Assembly: GCA_963796055.1 (NCBI GenBank)
Contig: CAWCKH010000003.1
Span: forward strand, 512,001 to 576,000
DNA: 64,000 nucleotides
Origin: an uncultured delta proteobacterium
GTDB lineage: Bacteria; Myxococcota; Myxococcia; Myxococcales; Myxococcaceae
Direction of reading: 5' to 3'
Shown here: positions 10,607 to 20,819 of the stretch, piece by piece
How positions within the stretch are numbered: the first letter of the stretch is position 1
How the letters are laid out: the number at the start of each line of letters is the position of its first letter
Made by a program: the position numbers and the translations under genes
The notes under the pieces: model-generated
Databases searched by the model: none
Told to the model about the DNA's origin: nothing
Seen by the model: only the letters and a program-made list of their open reading frames with translations

Positions 10607-13225
10607 ATGGGGGCGGGGTGGTGGCTGGCGGGCATCGCGGTGGGGTGGCTGGGGACGGCGGTGGGCCAGCCCTCGATCGAGCGCCCCCCACGGGCCGAGC
10701 GACGCACCCGTCAGCGCTCTCCGCGACCGGCGTCCCGTCCACCGTCGCGGGCTCGCCGGGCTCGCCGGGCCCAGCCAAATGTCGGGCCGACGAGCCGTTC
10801 CACGAGCGCGCGCCCGCCGCAAGAGCGCCCGGCACCCGGAAGCCGGCCCATGCTTCCCGCCGGTGTCCGCGTGCTGGAGGCCGCGACGGAATCACCGAGC
10901 CCCCGCGCTCCGATGCGCGGGTCCGCGGTTCAGCCCAGCAGGCCGGCTCCTCCGACGTCGACCGACGGCTCGAGCGTACCCCGAACGTCCGCTCCGGTAC
11001 GCAGGCCCGGATCTCCACGACCGAAGCCCGAGGACGCGGCGTCCGTCGTCGCCCGCTCCACTCTCGTGCCACCGCCACTTCCCCGCGAGCTCACGCATGG
11101 GCCGGCCTTCGAGCGCCGCGTCTCCGTCGACGGCTTCCTGCTCGGGCCGGACGCCGCTCCGCTCCTCCCCTCCTTCCTGGCCACCGTGCACCACTCTGCG
11201 ACCTCGGCGGCTGCGGACGCGCGCCTCACCGGGCTGGGGTGGACGGACGAGGTCACGCTCGAGCACGGGCTGACCGGCGCGCGCTGGGCAGTCTCGGGAC
11301 GCTGGGCCCCTCCTGCGCTGTCGGCCCGCCCCGCCCCCGTCGGGCTGGGCGGTGCGGTGGTCGCCGACGGTGGAGAGGGCGCGGTCTCGGCGCCGCGAGG
11401 CGCTTGGCGCACGTCCGGCCTGCTGGGCGGCCCGCTTGCCGGCGGGCGGATCGGAGCGATCCTCTCGCTGGAGGCGACCGGGGTGGGGCTTCCCCCCGCG
11501 GAGCCCGGGCTCGCCGGTGGCGGGCGGGCGCGCCAGACGCTGGCCTTCAACGCCACCTGGCTCCCAGGCGCGGCGGAACGGCTGTCGCTGCTGGTCCTGG
11601 CCGGGCGGCGAACCGAGTCCCCCGACTGCTTCCGGTGCACCGACCTCGCGGCTCGCCTCGACCGCGAGCTCGCCGCCTTCGCCGGGCTCGGCTGGGCGCA
11701 CGCATTCGGGGGCAGCGGGGGGCTGGAGCTCCGAGTCTCGGCCGAGCAACGGAACGCCTCGGCCGGCGCGCGGTCCGCGCCGGCAGCGCCGAGTCATCTC
11801 GACCTCTCGCGCTGGGTGACGGACGGCGCGCCCGGGGCCCTCGGTCCCGACCTCGCAGCGAGCACGTTCGACGCGGCCCGGACCCGTCTTCGGCTCTCGG
11901 CCGCCCTGCACGCGGCACTCGGCGTCCAGCGACTGGAGGGCGGGCTCGAGGCGCGGCTGGACACCGGGTGGAGCGCTGCCGAGGTTCCCGGAGGAGTGCG
12001 CTTCCTCGATCGCGGAGCCCCGTGCGGCGATGCAGAGACCGCCGGGTGCGCCTTCCGGGTGGAGGTCACGCCGACCGCGGTACAGTCACGAGGTTGGGCG
12101 CTCGGGAGCTACCTCGAGGACGCGCTCCACCTCGGGGAGCTGACCCTTCGCGCCGGCCTTCGCCTTGACGCCGCGCAGGCCAGCGCGGGCGAGGTGACGA
12201 CGGGGCTGCGACTCGGTGTGGGCCCGCGCCTGCTGCTCGCCTGGGACATCGGAGGAACGGGACGGCACTGGCTGCTGGTGCACGCCGGCCGCAGCCACGA
12301 CGCCGAGCTACAGCCCGTGGTCACCCGCGCCGTGCTCCCCGTCCAGCGCGTGGCGGCGTGGAGCGACGCCGCGTTCGACGGATGCGCGCAGCCCGGCCCC
12401 TCCTGCGTGCACCTCGGAGGAGCGGCGGCGCTCACCCCGGGAGGGTTCCCACGCGTCGACGAGGTGGCGCTCGGCTGGCGCGGGCGGCCGGCGCGAGGGG
12501 TCGAGGGCGGGGTGGAGGCCCGCTGGCGACAGACGGCGCAGGTCTGGACCGAGGAGGAATCCGGGCTCCTCACCGACGACCGCGGCCGCTGGACCAGCGT
12601 CGACGGTCAGTGGACGTCGCGCCGGGCGCTCGCTGCCGATGGCCGGGCATGGCGCCGAGCGCTGGGGCTCGGCGCCTGGGCCCGGGCGCACGCCGGCCCG
12701 GCGCGGGTCTCGGTCGCCTGGAGCGTCTCGCACGTCACCGGGACCGCCGCCGGTCCCTTCGACCACTGGCTGGCCGACCCGCGCACGGCCGCGCTCGCCA
12801 CCGGTCCGCTGCCGGACGACCGGCGGCACCGGGTGATGGTCTCGCTCGCGCTGCTCGCCCACCCCGCGGTCGAGCTCGGCGCCCGCTTCCGCTACGCCAC
12901 CGGGGCCCCGCTCTGGGAGACCTACTCCGTTCCCGGGTCGGCCGGGCTCCGCACCGTCCGTGGATCGCGGGGAACGGGGGTGCTCCGGTCCGACCCGGTG
13001 GCGCTCCGCGACCCGGACGTCTTCACCGCCGACGCGTGGATCCGCCTCCGGCTCGGGGCGCTGTTTCCCGCCGCGCTCCCCCACCTGGACCTGGCGGTGG
13101 AAGCCACACGGGTGGCCGGCGGGAACACCCCCGTCCACCTCTCGGCCAGCTCCGGCCGCCTGGGCGCGGTGCTCCGACGAGAGCCTCCATTTCAGCTGGT
13201 CCTCGGCCTGCGGACAGGAAACTGA
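10607..13225 (+). CDS. Highly divergent TonB-dependent receptor / Oar-like outer-membrane protein
   Basis: 872 aa; hydrophobic N-terminus, Pro/Arg linker, alternating beta-strand patterns (YLEDALHLGELTLRAGLRLD, GPRLLLAWD), paired Cys loops, C-terminal QLVLGLR. Confidence 0.5.
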   Translation: MGAGWWLAGIAVGWLGTAVGQPSIERPPRAERRTRQRSPRPASRPPSRARRARRAQPNVGPTSRSTSARPPQERPAPGSRPMLPAGVRVLEAATESPSPRAPMRGSAVQPSRPAPPTSTDGSSVPRTSAPVRRPGSPRPKPEDAASVVARSTLVPPPLPRELTHGPAFERRVSVDGFLLGPDAAPLLPSFLATVHHSATSAAADARLTGLGWTDEVTLEHGLTGARWAVSGRWAPPALSARPAPVGLGGAVVADGGEGAVSAPRGAWRTSGLLGGPLAGGRIGAILSLEATGVGLPPAEPGLAGGGRARQTLAFNATWLPGAAERLSLLVLAGRRTESPDCFRCTDLAARLDRELAAFAGLGWAHAFGGSGGLELRVSAEQRNASAGARSAPAAPSHLDLSRWVTDGAPGALGPDLAASTFDAARTRLRLSAALHAALGVQRLEGGLEARLDTGWSAAEVPGGVRFLDRGAPCGDAETAGCAFRVEVTPTAVQSRGWALGSYLEDALHLGELTLRAGLRLDAAQASAGEVTTGLRLGVGPRLLLAWDIGGTGRHWLLVHAGRSHDAELQPVVTRAVLPVQRVAAWSDAAFDGCAQPGPSCVHLGGAAALTPGGFPRVDEVALGWRGRPARGVEGGVEARWRQTAQVWTEEESGLLTDDRGRWTSVDGQWTSRRALAADGRAWRRALGLGAWARAHAGPARVSVAWSVSHVTGTAAGPFDHWLADPRTAALATGPLPDDRRHRVMVSLALLAHPAVELGARFRYATGAPLWETYSVPGSAGLRTVRGSRGTGVLRSDPVALRDPDVFTADAWIRLRLGALFPAALPHLDLAVEATRVAGGNTPVHLSASSGRLGAVLRREPPFQLVLGLRTGN

Positions 13226-13384
13226 GACGCGGGCGCGCGACGTGGGAACGCACCGGAAAATTCACCGCCGACACGGTCGCCGGTTACGCTAGACCTCGCT
13301 CTGCCGAGACTTGCCCCCGGAGCAGCCCTCCGACGACAATCGATCAGGAATTTCGCGGGCCGGAACACGGGAGGGGAGCCGACG

Positions 13385-13933
13385 ATGAGGAACGCAGCTC
13401 GCTCGCTGGTGGTGTGCCTTGCAGTGCTCGGCGCGGGCGCCGCCTTCGGACAGGAACGGGGCCGCACCGACGGGCCCGAGGGATCGGAGGTCGGCAAGGG
13501 CGGCTACGTTTCCGGACCGGGCGGGCTGGGCGGCTTCTCCCTCACCGCGGAGGGGGGCGGAGCGATCACCATCAAGGGCGGCCAGTTCAGCCCACCGCTG
13601 TTCGTCGGCCTCACCGCTTCCTACTGGAATCAGGAGTTTTACCGGATCGACCTCAGCGGCTTCTACGTCCCGGACCCGAAGCTCTGGGGTGTGCTCCTCG
13701 GCCCCTCGTTCCATACCACCACCTGGCCGATCGCCTTCAGCATCGGTTTCCAGGGGGGTCTGCACATCCCCAATGCCGGCTCGGTGAATTTCATCCTCTC
13801 CCCGCGGGTCGGAATGGACTGGATCACCGAGAGCCACTTCCAGCTCGGGATCTTCGCCAACTGGGATCTGAACCTGGCCAACTACGACCTCTCCATCGTC
13901 CGCGTGGGTCTGAGCATCGGCTGGCGCTTCTAG
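13385..13933 (+). CDS. Small outer-membrane beta-barrel protein
   Basis: Signal peptide, amphipathic strands, C-terminal GLSIGWRF. Confidence 0.7.
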   Translation: MRNAARSLVVCLAVLGAGAAFGQERGRTDGPEGSEVGKGGYVSGPGGLGGFSLTAEGGGAITIKGGQFSPPLFVGLTASYWNQEFYRIDLSGFYVPDPKLWGVLLGPSFHTTTWPIAFSIGFQGGLHIPNAGSVNFILSPRVGMDWITESHFQLGIFANWDLNLANYDLSIVRVGLSIGWRF

Positions 13934-13955
13934 ACCCAGCACCCTCCGAGCCCCG

Positions 13956-14825
13956 ATGCCTGCCTTCCTCATCCTCGTCGCCCTCCTCGCGCAGACCGCA
14001 CCTCCACCGGTACTGTCCGCCCCTCCACCTCCGCCGCCGACGCCGCCGCCTTCCGCGACGCCCGGGTCCCCTGCTGCGATCTCGTCCCTCCCGCCGCCCG
14101 GGGGCTCGCAGCAGAGGGTCGACATGGCGCAGTGGGACTCGAATGCCCTTCCGCCGGTGTACGAACGAAGCGAGCAGCCCCCGCTCACCGACGAGGAGGT
14201 GAAGAAGCTGACCGAGGCGGGGTTCTCCCCGGATCAGGTGGTGAGGGTGATCGCCGAACGTCAGTGCGCCTGTGACGCCTCGCCTGAAGGGTTGATCCGC
14301 CTGAAAGTGGCCGGGGTGGATCCGTCGGTCATCTCGGCGGTTTCGCAGCACGCCCTCAAGCCCAATCGTTCGCTGAACCTGGAGGTCACGCTCGACTTCT
14401 CGGGGGAGAGCCGGCGAGCACGCAATGCCTATCTCTACGTCTTCGTCGACGATGGTGACCTGACGCGGGTGATGAGCGCGAACATCGACGAGCTGCTCCG
14501 GCGGCCCAACGCGCACGAGACCACCGTCGACACCAGCGATTTTCTCATCGCCCGGACGGTGCGCCGCATCGTGCTCCCCGGCCAGCTGACCCTGAAGACC
14601 TACGGGCGCCACACCCTGGTCGTCGCCAGCTCCGCCAGCCCCAGCCTCGCCCACCCCTCGCAGCTGAAACCGCAGGACCGCGCGGCGGCGCAGGTGTATC
14701 TGTTCGACTATCCGAGAGCGTCGCTGCAGAGCCTCTGCCGCCTCACCGCCGGATACCGGCGCGACGCGCAGATCACCGACCGCTGGCGCTTCCAAGGCAG
14801 CCGCTTCGAATGCGAATGGAACTGA
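13956..14825 (+). CDS. Hypothetical exported protein
   Basis: Signal peptide, Pro-rich linker, GC3-biased ORF in operon context. Confidence 0.7.
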   Translation: MPAFLILVALLAQTAPPPVLSAPPPPPPTPPPSATPGSPAAISSLPPPGGSQQRVDMAQWDSNALPPVYERSEQPPLTDEEVKKLTEAGFSPDQVVRVIAERQCACDASPEGLIRLKVAGVDPSVISAVSQHALKPNRSLNLEVTLDFSGESRRARNAYLYVFVDDGDLTRVMSANIDELLRRPNAHETTVDTSDFLIARTVRRIVLPGQLTLKTYGRHTLVVASSASPSLAHPSQLKPQDRAAAQVYLFDYPRASLQSLCRLTAGYRRDAQITDRWRFQGSRFECEWN

Positions 14826-14827
14826 CC

Positions 14828-15424
14828 ATGACCCGCACCCGAATCGCCGTCTCTCTCCTCGCCGGACTGTGGCTGGCCTGCTCCACCGAGCGCGCCTTCA
14901 CCCGGGGCGAGTACACCGACCCCAACGAGATCGATCTCCTCTCCGACGAGTGGGCCCCCAGCGATCTGCAGCTGATCGCCAAGAAGGTGGTGGGGGATCT
15001 CCAGGCCTCGCCGGCCTTCGCCCAGATCCAGGGCCAGCCGGTGGTGATCGTGGGAAAGCTGAAGAACAGCACCTCCGAGCACATCGACATGCAGAGCCTG
15101 GCGGACAAGATCCAGACCCAGCTGGCCGGCACCGGGAGGTTCGCCTTCGTGGACGCCAGCGCGCGCCAGGCGATCGCCGAGGAGTACGAGTACCAGGGCA
15201 GCGGCTACGTGCGGCCCGATCAGGCGAAGGCCCCGGGCCAGCAGATCTCGCCCGACTACATCATGACCGGCGAGCTGGCCTCCATCAAACAGCGGGTGGG
15301 GAGCGACGAGTTCATCTATTACAAGATGACCGCCAAGCTCTCCAACCTCCGGAGCGGTCTGCTGGTGTGGACGGACGAGAAGGAGCTGAAGAAGAAGTTC
15401 GTCAAGCAGGGGATCCGGCCGTAG
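14828..15424 (+). CDS. LpoB/CsgG-like lipoprotein (penicillin-binding protein activator family)
   Basis: Lipobox WLAC; KNSTSEHID, GRFAFVD, LSNLRSGLLVWTDEKELKK. Confidence 0.75.
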   Translation: MTRTRIAVSLLAGLWLACSTERAFTRGEYTDPNEIDLLSDEWAPSDLQLIAKKVVGDLQASPAFAQIQGQPVVIVGKLKNSTSEHIDMQSLADKIQTQLAGTGRFAFVDASARQAIAEEYEYQGSGYVRPDQAKAPGQQISPDYIMTGELASIKQRVGSDEFIYYKMTAKLSNLRSGLLVWTDEKELKKKFVKQGIRP

Positions 15425-15448
15425 CGCCCGGCGCCCAGCGCTCCTGAC

Positions 15449-16699
15449 GTGGCCCACCCTCTCCTCGCGGTTCGCTCGCCGGTCGCGCTCGGGGCGATCG
15501 CGCTGCTGCTGACCGGCTGCGCGGGCGACTACATCGCCCGCACCGCGGGGTACCGGCGGGCCTACGAGTCCTACAACTATCCGCCGGCCATCCAGGGGTT
15601 CGCCGGGGAGGCCTCGTCCGGGCCGCAGATCGACCAGCTGCTGGCGATGATGGACCAGGGGATGGTGCTGCATGCCGACGGGAAGTTCGAGGAGAGCATC
15701 CAGGTGCTCGCCCAGGCGGACAAGCTGAGCGAGCGGCTCGACTTCGTCTCCGTCAGCGAGGAGGCCAAGGTCCTCATCTCCAGCGAGCGCGAGCGCGCCT
15801 ACCGCGGAGAGGACTTCGAGAAGCTGATGATCTCCACCCTCCAGGCGCTGAACTACGCCCAGCTGGGGAAGGACGAGGATGCGCTGGTCGAGGTGCGCCG
15901 GGTCAACGAGCGCATGCAGCGGATGATCAACGAGGAGAAGAAGCCCTACCAGCAGCTGGCGGTGGCCAGGTACCTCACCGGGGTGCTCTGGGAGGACCAG
16001 GGGCACCCCGACGACGCGATCATCGACTACCTCGCGGCCAACCAGCTCGCCGGCGACCTGGGCACGCTGGCCGAGCCGCTGGTGCGCCTGGCGAAGGAGA
16101 CCGGGCGCGACCAGGCGCTCAAGGAGCTACGGCGCCAGTACCCCTGGCTGCAGCCCCAGCCCCTGGGCAAGGACGAGGGACAGGTGCTGGTGGTGCTCGA
16201 GGCGGGGAAGGCCCCGGTGAAGACCAACGGGAGCAGGTCGGGGGGTCCCAAGGCGGAGGTCATCGCCGTGCCCGTCTTCCGCGACCGGCCGTGGATCCGC
16301 GACGCCCAGGTCCTCCTCGACGGCGACGCGGCAACGGCGGTGCGGCCCACCACCGTGACCTCGCTGGAGCAGGTGGCGAAGATCCACCTCGACTACCGCA
16401 TCGATGGGCTCGTCGCCCGGCAGATCGGCGCGCTGGCGCTGCGGACGGGCATCGCCGCCGGCGCGGGGGCGGCGACCAAGAGCGAGGCGATCGGCATCCT
16501 CACCTTTCTCGCCCTGAGCTACGCCAACCAGCCCGACCTCCGGTCGTGGATGTCGCTGCCGGCGGAGTTCCAGCTGGCCCGCTTCCGGATGCCTGCCGGC
16601 GTGCACCGGCTCACCGTGGTGGCCGGCGGCGGGGCCCGCGAGGTGCAGGTGGACGTGCGCCCCCGGCGGGTGACCCTGGTCGTCCTCCGGAGCTACTGA
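15449..16699 (+). CDS. COG3014-like TPR lipoprotein
   Basis: Lipobox LTGC; YRGEDFEK, ALNY, ALVEVRR, PDLRSWMSLP; usual neighbour of LpoB-like genes. Confidence 0.75.
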   Translation: MAHPLLAVRSPVALGAIALLLTGCAGDYIARTAGYRRAYESYNYPPAIQGFAGEASSGPQIDQLLAMMDQGMVLHADGKFEESIQVLAQADKLSERLDFVSVSEEAKVLISSERERAYRGEDFEKLMISTLQALNYAQLGKDEDALVEVRRVNERMQRMINEEKKPYQQLAVARYLTGVLWEDQGHPDDAIIDYLAANQLAGDLGTLAEPLVRLAKETGRDQALKELRRQYPWLQPQPLGKDEGQVLVVLEAGKAPVKTNGSRSGGPKAEVIAVPVFRDRPWIRDAQVLLDGDAATAVRPTTVTSLEQVAKIHLDYRIDGLVARQIGALALRTGIAAGAGAATKSEAIGILTFLALSYANQPDLRSWMSLPAEFQLARFRMPAGVHRLTVVAGGGAREVQVDVRPRRVTLVVLRSY

Positions 16700-18671
16700 G
16701 CTTCGAGGAGCGCCCACCTCCCCAGCGCCCGGTCCTGGTGGGCCCCCCCACGGGCGCCCGGAGGTTCCCCCGTCGCTCGAGGTAGCTCTGGAGACGGGAG
16801 AGCACTCCGACCAGGCTGGGGGCCTCACCGAGGACGCCGAGGAAGGGATCGCCGCCGAGCCGCTCCATCCGCGCCGGGGCGTCGAGCGCGGTGAACTTCC
16901 GGGGGTGAAGCCCGGGTCCGACCTCGTTCCAGCGCAGCGGCATGGACACCGGCATTCCCGGGAGCGGCCGTGCCGAGAACGGGGCCACCAGCAGCTTCCC
17001 CCGGCCGTTCTGCAGGTAGTCGACGTAGACCTTCGAGCGGCGGGCGCGGACCACCCGCTCGGTGGTGGCGATGTCCGGGTGCTGCTGGACCAGCGCCTCG
17101 GCGAGCACCTGGCCGAAGCTGATGGCGGCCTCATGGTCGAGCTGGGCACCGAGCGGCACCAGCACGTGCAGGCCGGAGCTGCCGCTGGTCTTGATGAAGT
17201 GCGGGAGCTCCAGCGCCTCGCAGAGCGCACGGGCGGACAGGGCCAGGGTGATCACCTGCTCGAACGGGGCGGCTTTCGGATCGAGGTCCAGGATGCACCA
17301 GTCGGGGACCTCGAGATCTCGGACCCGTGCGCTCCAGAGATGAAAAGGGATGGTGCCCAGGTTCACCAGGAACCCGAGCGTCTCCACGTCGTCGCAGACG
17401 AACTGGCGGATGGGCCCCTCGTCGCCCTCCATCTGCACGGTGCGGATCCACGACGGGACGTAGGGGCCGGTCTGCTTCTGGAAGAAGCTCTGACCGTGGA
17501 TGCCGTCCGGGAAGCGGGTGAGCATCAGCGGCCGATCGCGCAGGTAGGGGAGCATCCACGGCGCGATGGCCTGGTAGTAGCGGATGAGGTCCCCCTTGGT
17601 GAACCCGTCCTCCGGCCACCAGAGCTTGTCCAGGTTGACGTACGAGACGCTCCGCTCCTCGGTGCGCCAGGGCGGAAGGCACTGCTCGGGGCGGCGGTCG
17701 TCCCGGAAACGGCAGAAGACGGGGCCGCGCGGCGAGCCCTCGCGATCCCACTCCTTGTAGCGGACCTCGGCCACCAGGGTGGGGTCGACCCAGAGGAGGT
17801 CGCGGTCACGCGGGGCATTGCGGCAGGGCGGCGTCGGGCGGCGATGGGTGGCGAGCTCGCGCTCGACCCGGGAGGCTTCCCGTGGGCCGAGCCCGCTGCC
17901 CACCCGGCCGGCGTAGGCGAATCCGTCGCCGTCCCAGGTGGCAAGGGCGAGCGAGGTGAGGTCCCGGGTGTGACCGACCACCGCGAAGTCTCCGACCTGC
18001 TGGATGACGAACTTCTGCCAGTCGCCGCCGCGCCCGGGGTGGTGCGCGGTGTCGGCGCGCTTGCCCACCACTCCCTCGAGGCCCATCTGCTTCACCGCCT
18101 CGAAGAAAGCCTCGCCCTCGGTCTCCACCGGCTCGACGCACCGGACGCGCGGGTTCTCGGCGGTCAGGAGCCGGAGCAGATCGCGCCGCCGGGCGAGCGA
18201 CAGCCCGCGCAGGTCGTGTCCCTCGGCGGCGAGCAGGTCGAAGGTCCAGTAGGTGGCAGGCCGGGCATCTCGCGGGGGCCTCTCGCGCTGGGCACGGCCC
18301 TGGAGCATGGAGAAGGAGGGCTTGCCGTCGTCGTCCTCCACCACCAGCTCGCCGTCGAGGATGAAGTCGTCCGAGGGCAATGCCCGGAGCGCCTCCACCA
18401 CCTCCGGGAACTGCGCCGATGGGTCGCTGCCACCCCGGTAGCGGAGCCGGACCTCGCGGCCCCGGCGCTCGGCGAGGATGCGGTACCCGTCGTACTTCAG
18501 CTCGAACCACCAGCCGCTGCGGGTGAACGCCCGGGGGGCACGGGTGGCGAGCTGGAAATCCACGTCCGCCAGGCGGACCTCTCGCCGCGGTGCGCCGCTC
18601 TGCGCGACGGTGGGCCGGAATGGCGACGACGCGACAGACCTGTTGCGTGGCGGGCGTGTGCTGGCGGCCAT
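16611..18671 (-). CDS. ligD: NHEJ DNA ligase D (ligase + polymerase domains)
   Basis: ELKYDGYR, LDGELV, GLEGVVGKR; then NLDKLWWP, RFPDGI, LDLDP, KTSGSSGLH, YVDYLQN. Confidence 0.93.
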   Translation of the reverse strand: MAASTRPPRNRSVASSPFRPTVAQSGAPRREVRLADVDFQLATRAPRAFTRSGWWFELKYDGYRILAERRGREVRLRYRGGSDPSAQFPEVVEALRALPSDDFILDGELVVEDDDGKPSFSMLQGRAQRERPPRDARPATYWTFDLLAAEGHDLRGLSLARRRDLLRLLTAENPRVRCVEPVETEGEAFFEAVKQMGLEGVVGKRADTAHHPGRGGDWQKFVIQQVGDFAVVGHTRDLTSLALATWDGDGFAYAGRVGSGLGPREASRVERELATHRRPTPPCRNAPRDRDLLWVDPTLVAEVRYKEWDREGSPRGPVFCRFRDDRRPEQCLPPWRTEERSVSYVNLDKLWWPEDGFTKGDLIRYYQAIAPWMLPYLRDRPLMLTRFPDGIHGQSFFQKQTGPYVPSWIRTVQMEGDEGPIRQFVCDDVETLGFLVNLGTIPFHLWSARVRDLEVPDWCILDLDPKAAPFEQVITLALSARALCEALELPHFIKTSGSSGLHVLVPLGAQLDHEAAISFGQVLAEALVQQHPDIATTERVVRARRSKVYVDYLQNGRGKLLVAPFSARPLPGMPVSMPLRWNEVGPGLHPRKFTALDAPARMERLGGDPFLGVLGEAPSLVGVLSRLQSYLERRGNLRAPVGGPTRTGRWGGGRSSKLSSSGGRPGSPAGGARPPAPRGPRRRPPR

Positions 18672-18697
18672 GCGGTGGGGGGTATATCTACGCTCTC

Positions 18698-19576
18698 ATG
18701 GCGGCACGTGCGATCGGCTCGGGGACCATCTCCTTCGGCCTGGTGAACATCCCGGTGAAGCTCTACGCGGCGGCCGAGAGCGCGGCGCAGATCTCGTTCC
18801 ACCAGCTCCACGACAAATGCAAGAGCCGCATCAAGCAGCAGCTCTGGTGTCCGGTGGACAACGAGATCGTGACCCGTGACCACCTGGTCAAGGGGTACGA
18901 GTTCGCCCGTGACCAGTACGTGCTCTTCACTGCCGAGGAGCTGAAGGCGCTCGAGGAGGCCTCCACCAAGGCGATGGAGATCACCGAGTTCGTCCCGCTC
19001 TCCAGCGTGGACCCGCTCTACTTCGAGAACGGCTGGTACCTCGGGCCGGACAAGGGCGCGGACCGGCCGTACCGGCTCCTGGCGCAGGCGCTGGAGCAGA
19101 GTCAGCATGCGGCCATCGCCAAGTACTCCACCCGGGGCCGCGAGGAGCTGGTGTTGATGCGCCCCCGGCAGGGCGCGCTGGTGATGCAGACGCTCCGCTA
19201 CGCCGACGAGCTGCGGCCGGTGAGCGAGGTTCCGATCGGCGAGGGCGAGGTGAAGCCGGCGGAGCTCCAGCTGGCGAAGCAGTTCATCGACCAGCTCTCC
19301 ACCGAGACCTTCGACGCCGGCAAGTACGAGGACACCTACCGGAAGAAGCTCCAGGCGGTCATCGACCAGAAGATCGCCGGAGAGCCCGTGTCCATCGCTC
19401 CGCCCGAGCCGCCCCGGACCCAGGTCATCGACCTGATGGAGGCGCTGAAGGCCAGCCTCGCCAAGCGGGGGGAGGAGGCCGCTCCGGCGTCGGCGGTGAC
19501 GGAGCGCAAGCCGCCCAGGCGCGCCCCGGCGCCGGCGGCGCAGTCCGCCGGGGCGAAGAAGCGCAGCAAGCGCTAG
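18698..19576 (+). CDS. ku: NHEJ Ku protein
   Basis: GTISFGLVNIPVKLY, VKGYE, VIDLMEALKASL, basic tail. Confidence 0.96.
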   Translation: MAARAIGSGTISFGLVNIPVKLYAAAESAAQISFHQLHDKCKSRIKQQLWCPVDNEIVTRDHLVKGYEFARDQYVLFTAEELKALEEASTKAMEITEFVPLSSVDPLYFENGWYLGPDKGADRPYRLLAQALEQSQHAAIAKYSTRGREELVLMRPRQGALVMQTLRYADELRPVSEVPIGEGEVKPAELQLAKQFIDQLSTETFDAGKYEDTYRKKLQAVIDQKIAGEPVSIAPPEPPRTQVIDLMEALKASLAKRGEEAAPASAVTERKPPRRAPAPAAQSAGAKKRSKR

Positions 19577-19729
19577 CGCCCGCCCGCCTGCCGGCCGCGG
19601 CGTGTCCTTCCGAACAGCGCGGGCCGGGAACCCTCGCCCTCCCCGGGCGGCTCTTACACAACAAGCGCGAGAGTCTGTGCGCTCGCAATCGAATCGCGGA
19701 GCACGCGCCGACCTCCGGGAGGAGCGACG

Positions 19730-20317
19730 ATGAGAGTGGACACCGGACGTCTATTTGCGGGCACGCTCGTCACGGTGATGCTGGGCCTCTCCGGGTCAGC
19801 CCTCGCACAGCGCGATGGGGGTCCCGCTCCGCCGATGCGCGGCTGGGGCATGGGGCCCGGCATGATGGGCGGCTACGGTCCGGGGCCGGGGATGATGGGT
19901 GGCTGGAGCTTCGGACCGGGCATGATGGGCGGCGGCTGGGGCATGGGGCTCGGCCCGGGCGGCGACGCGCTGGGTGGGATCGGGCTGCTGGACCTGTCGC
20001 CGGCTCAGCGATCGAAGATCAACGCGATCTCCGACGATCTCCGGAAGAAGCACTGGGCACTGCTGGGGCAGATCCAGGACGACGAGGCGAAGCTCCGGGA
20101 CCTCTCCTCCCAGCCCGAGCCCGATCCCAAGGCGGTCGGGTCGGTGTACGTGCACATGAGCAAGCTCCGGCAGCAGATGATCGAGGCGCACGCGAACGCG
20201 ATGGATCAGGCGCGCGCGGTCCTCACGCCCGAGCAACGGGGCGAGCTGGATCGCTGGCTGATCGACAGCTGGGGCCCGCGACATCCGGGGCGGGCCGGCG
20301 CGCGGAAGCAACCCTGA
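19730..20317 (+). CDS. Spy/CpxP-family periplasmic protein
   Basis: Signal peptide, GPGMMGG repeats, LDLSPAQ and VLTPEQR (LTxxQ) motifs. Confidence 0.85.
   Translation: MRVDTGRLFAGTLVTVMLGLSGSALAQRDGGPAPPMRGWGMGPGMMGGYGPGPGMMGGWSFGPGMMGGGWGMGLGPGGDALGGIGLLDLSPAQRSKINAISDDLRKKHWALLGQIQDDEAKLRDLSSQPEPDPKAVGSVYVHMSKLRQQMIEAHANAMDQARAVLTPEQRGELDRWLIDSWGPRHPGRAGARKQP
19853..19935 (+). repeat. Three coding repeats of GPGMMGG
   Basis: ggNccNggNatgatgggYggc occurs three times. Confidence 0.8.
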
Positions 20318-20352
20318 AGACCGGGCGCTCCCGGCAAGCTCTCGGATCAGGG

Positions 20353-20818
20353 ATGCGTCCAGGGACTGCAGCGCTCGGAAGCGCGCTCTTCTTCGCGGCC
20401 GCGCCGGGGATGGTGGTGGGGGGAGGTGCTGCCTGCCGCGGCTGCGGTCCGTGTGCTCGGCGCGGCGCTCCTGGTCCTGGCGCTTCCGATCCTGGTGGGC
20501 GCCTTCGTGCGCTTCGTGCGGGACGGGCTCGGGACGCCCGCACCGGTCGCCCCCGCCGAGCACCTGGTGGTGACCGGCGCGTACCGGTACGTACGGAACC
20601 CGATGTACCTGGCGGTGCTGGGGGGAATCGTCGGCCAGGCGCTGCTGCTCGGCCAGCCGAGGCTGCTGGGCTACGCGGCGATCGTTGCCGTGCTGGTGGT
20701 GGCCTTCGTGAAGCTCTACGAGGAGCCGGTGCTGAGGCGCCGCTTCGGAGCCGCCTACCAGGCGTATTGCCGGGCAGTGCCGGGCTGGTGGCCGCGGCTG
20801 CGACCCTGGCGGGGATGA
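20353..20818 (+). pseudogene. Isoprenylcysteine carboxyl methyltransferase-family gene, frameshifted near the 5' end
   Basis: N-terminus MRPGTAALGSALFFAAAPGMVVG is in a different frame from the body GTPAP..YRYVRNPMY..YEEP; the switch is at a G6 run (20418-20423). Confidence 0.7.
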
Positions 20819-20819
20819 G

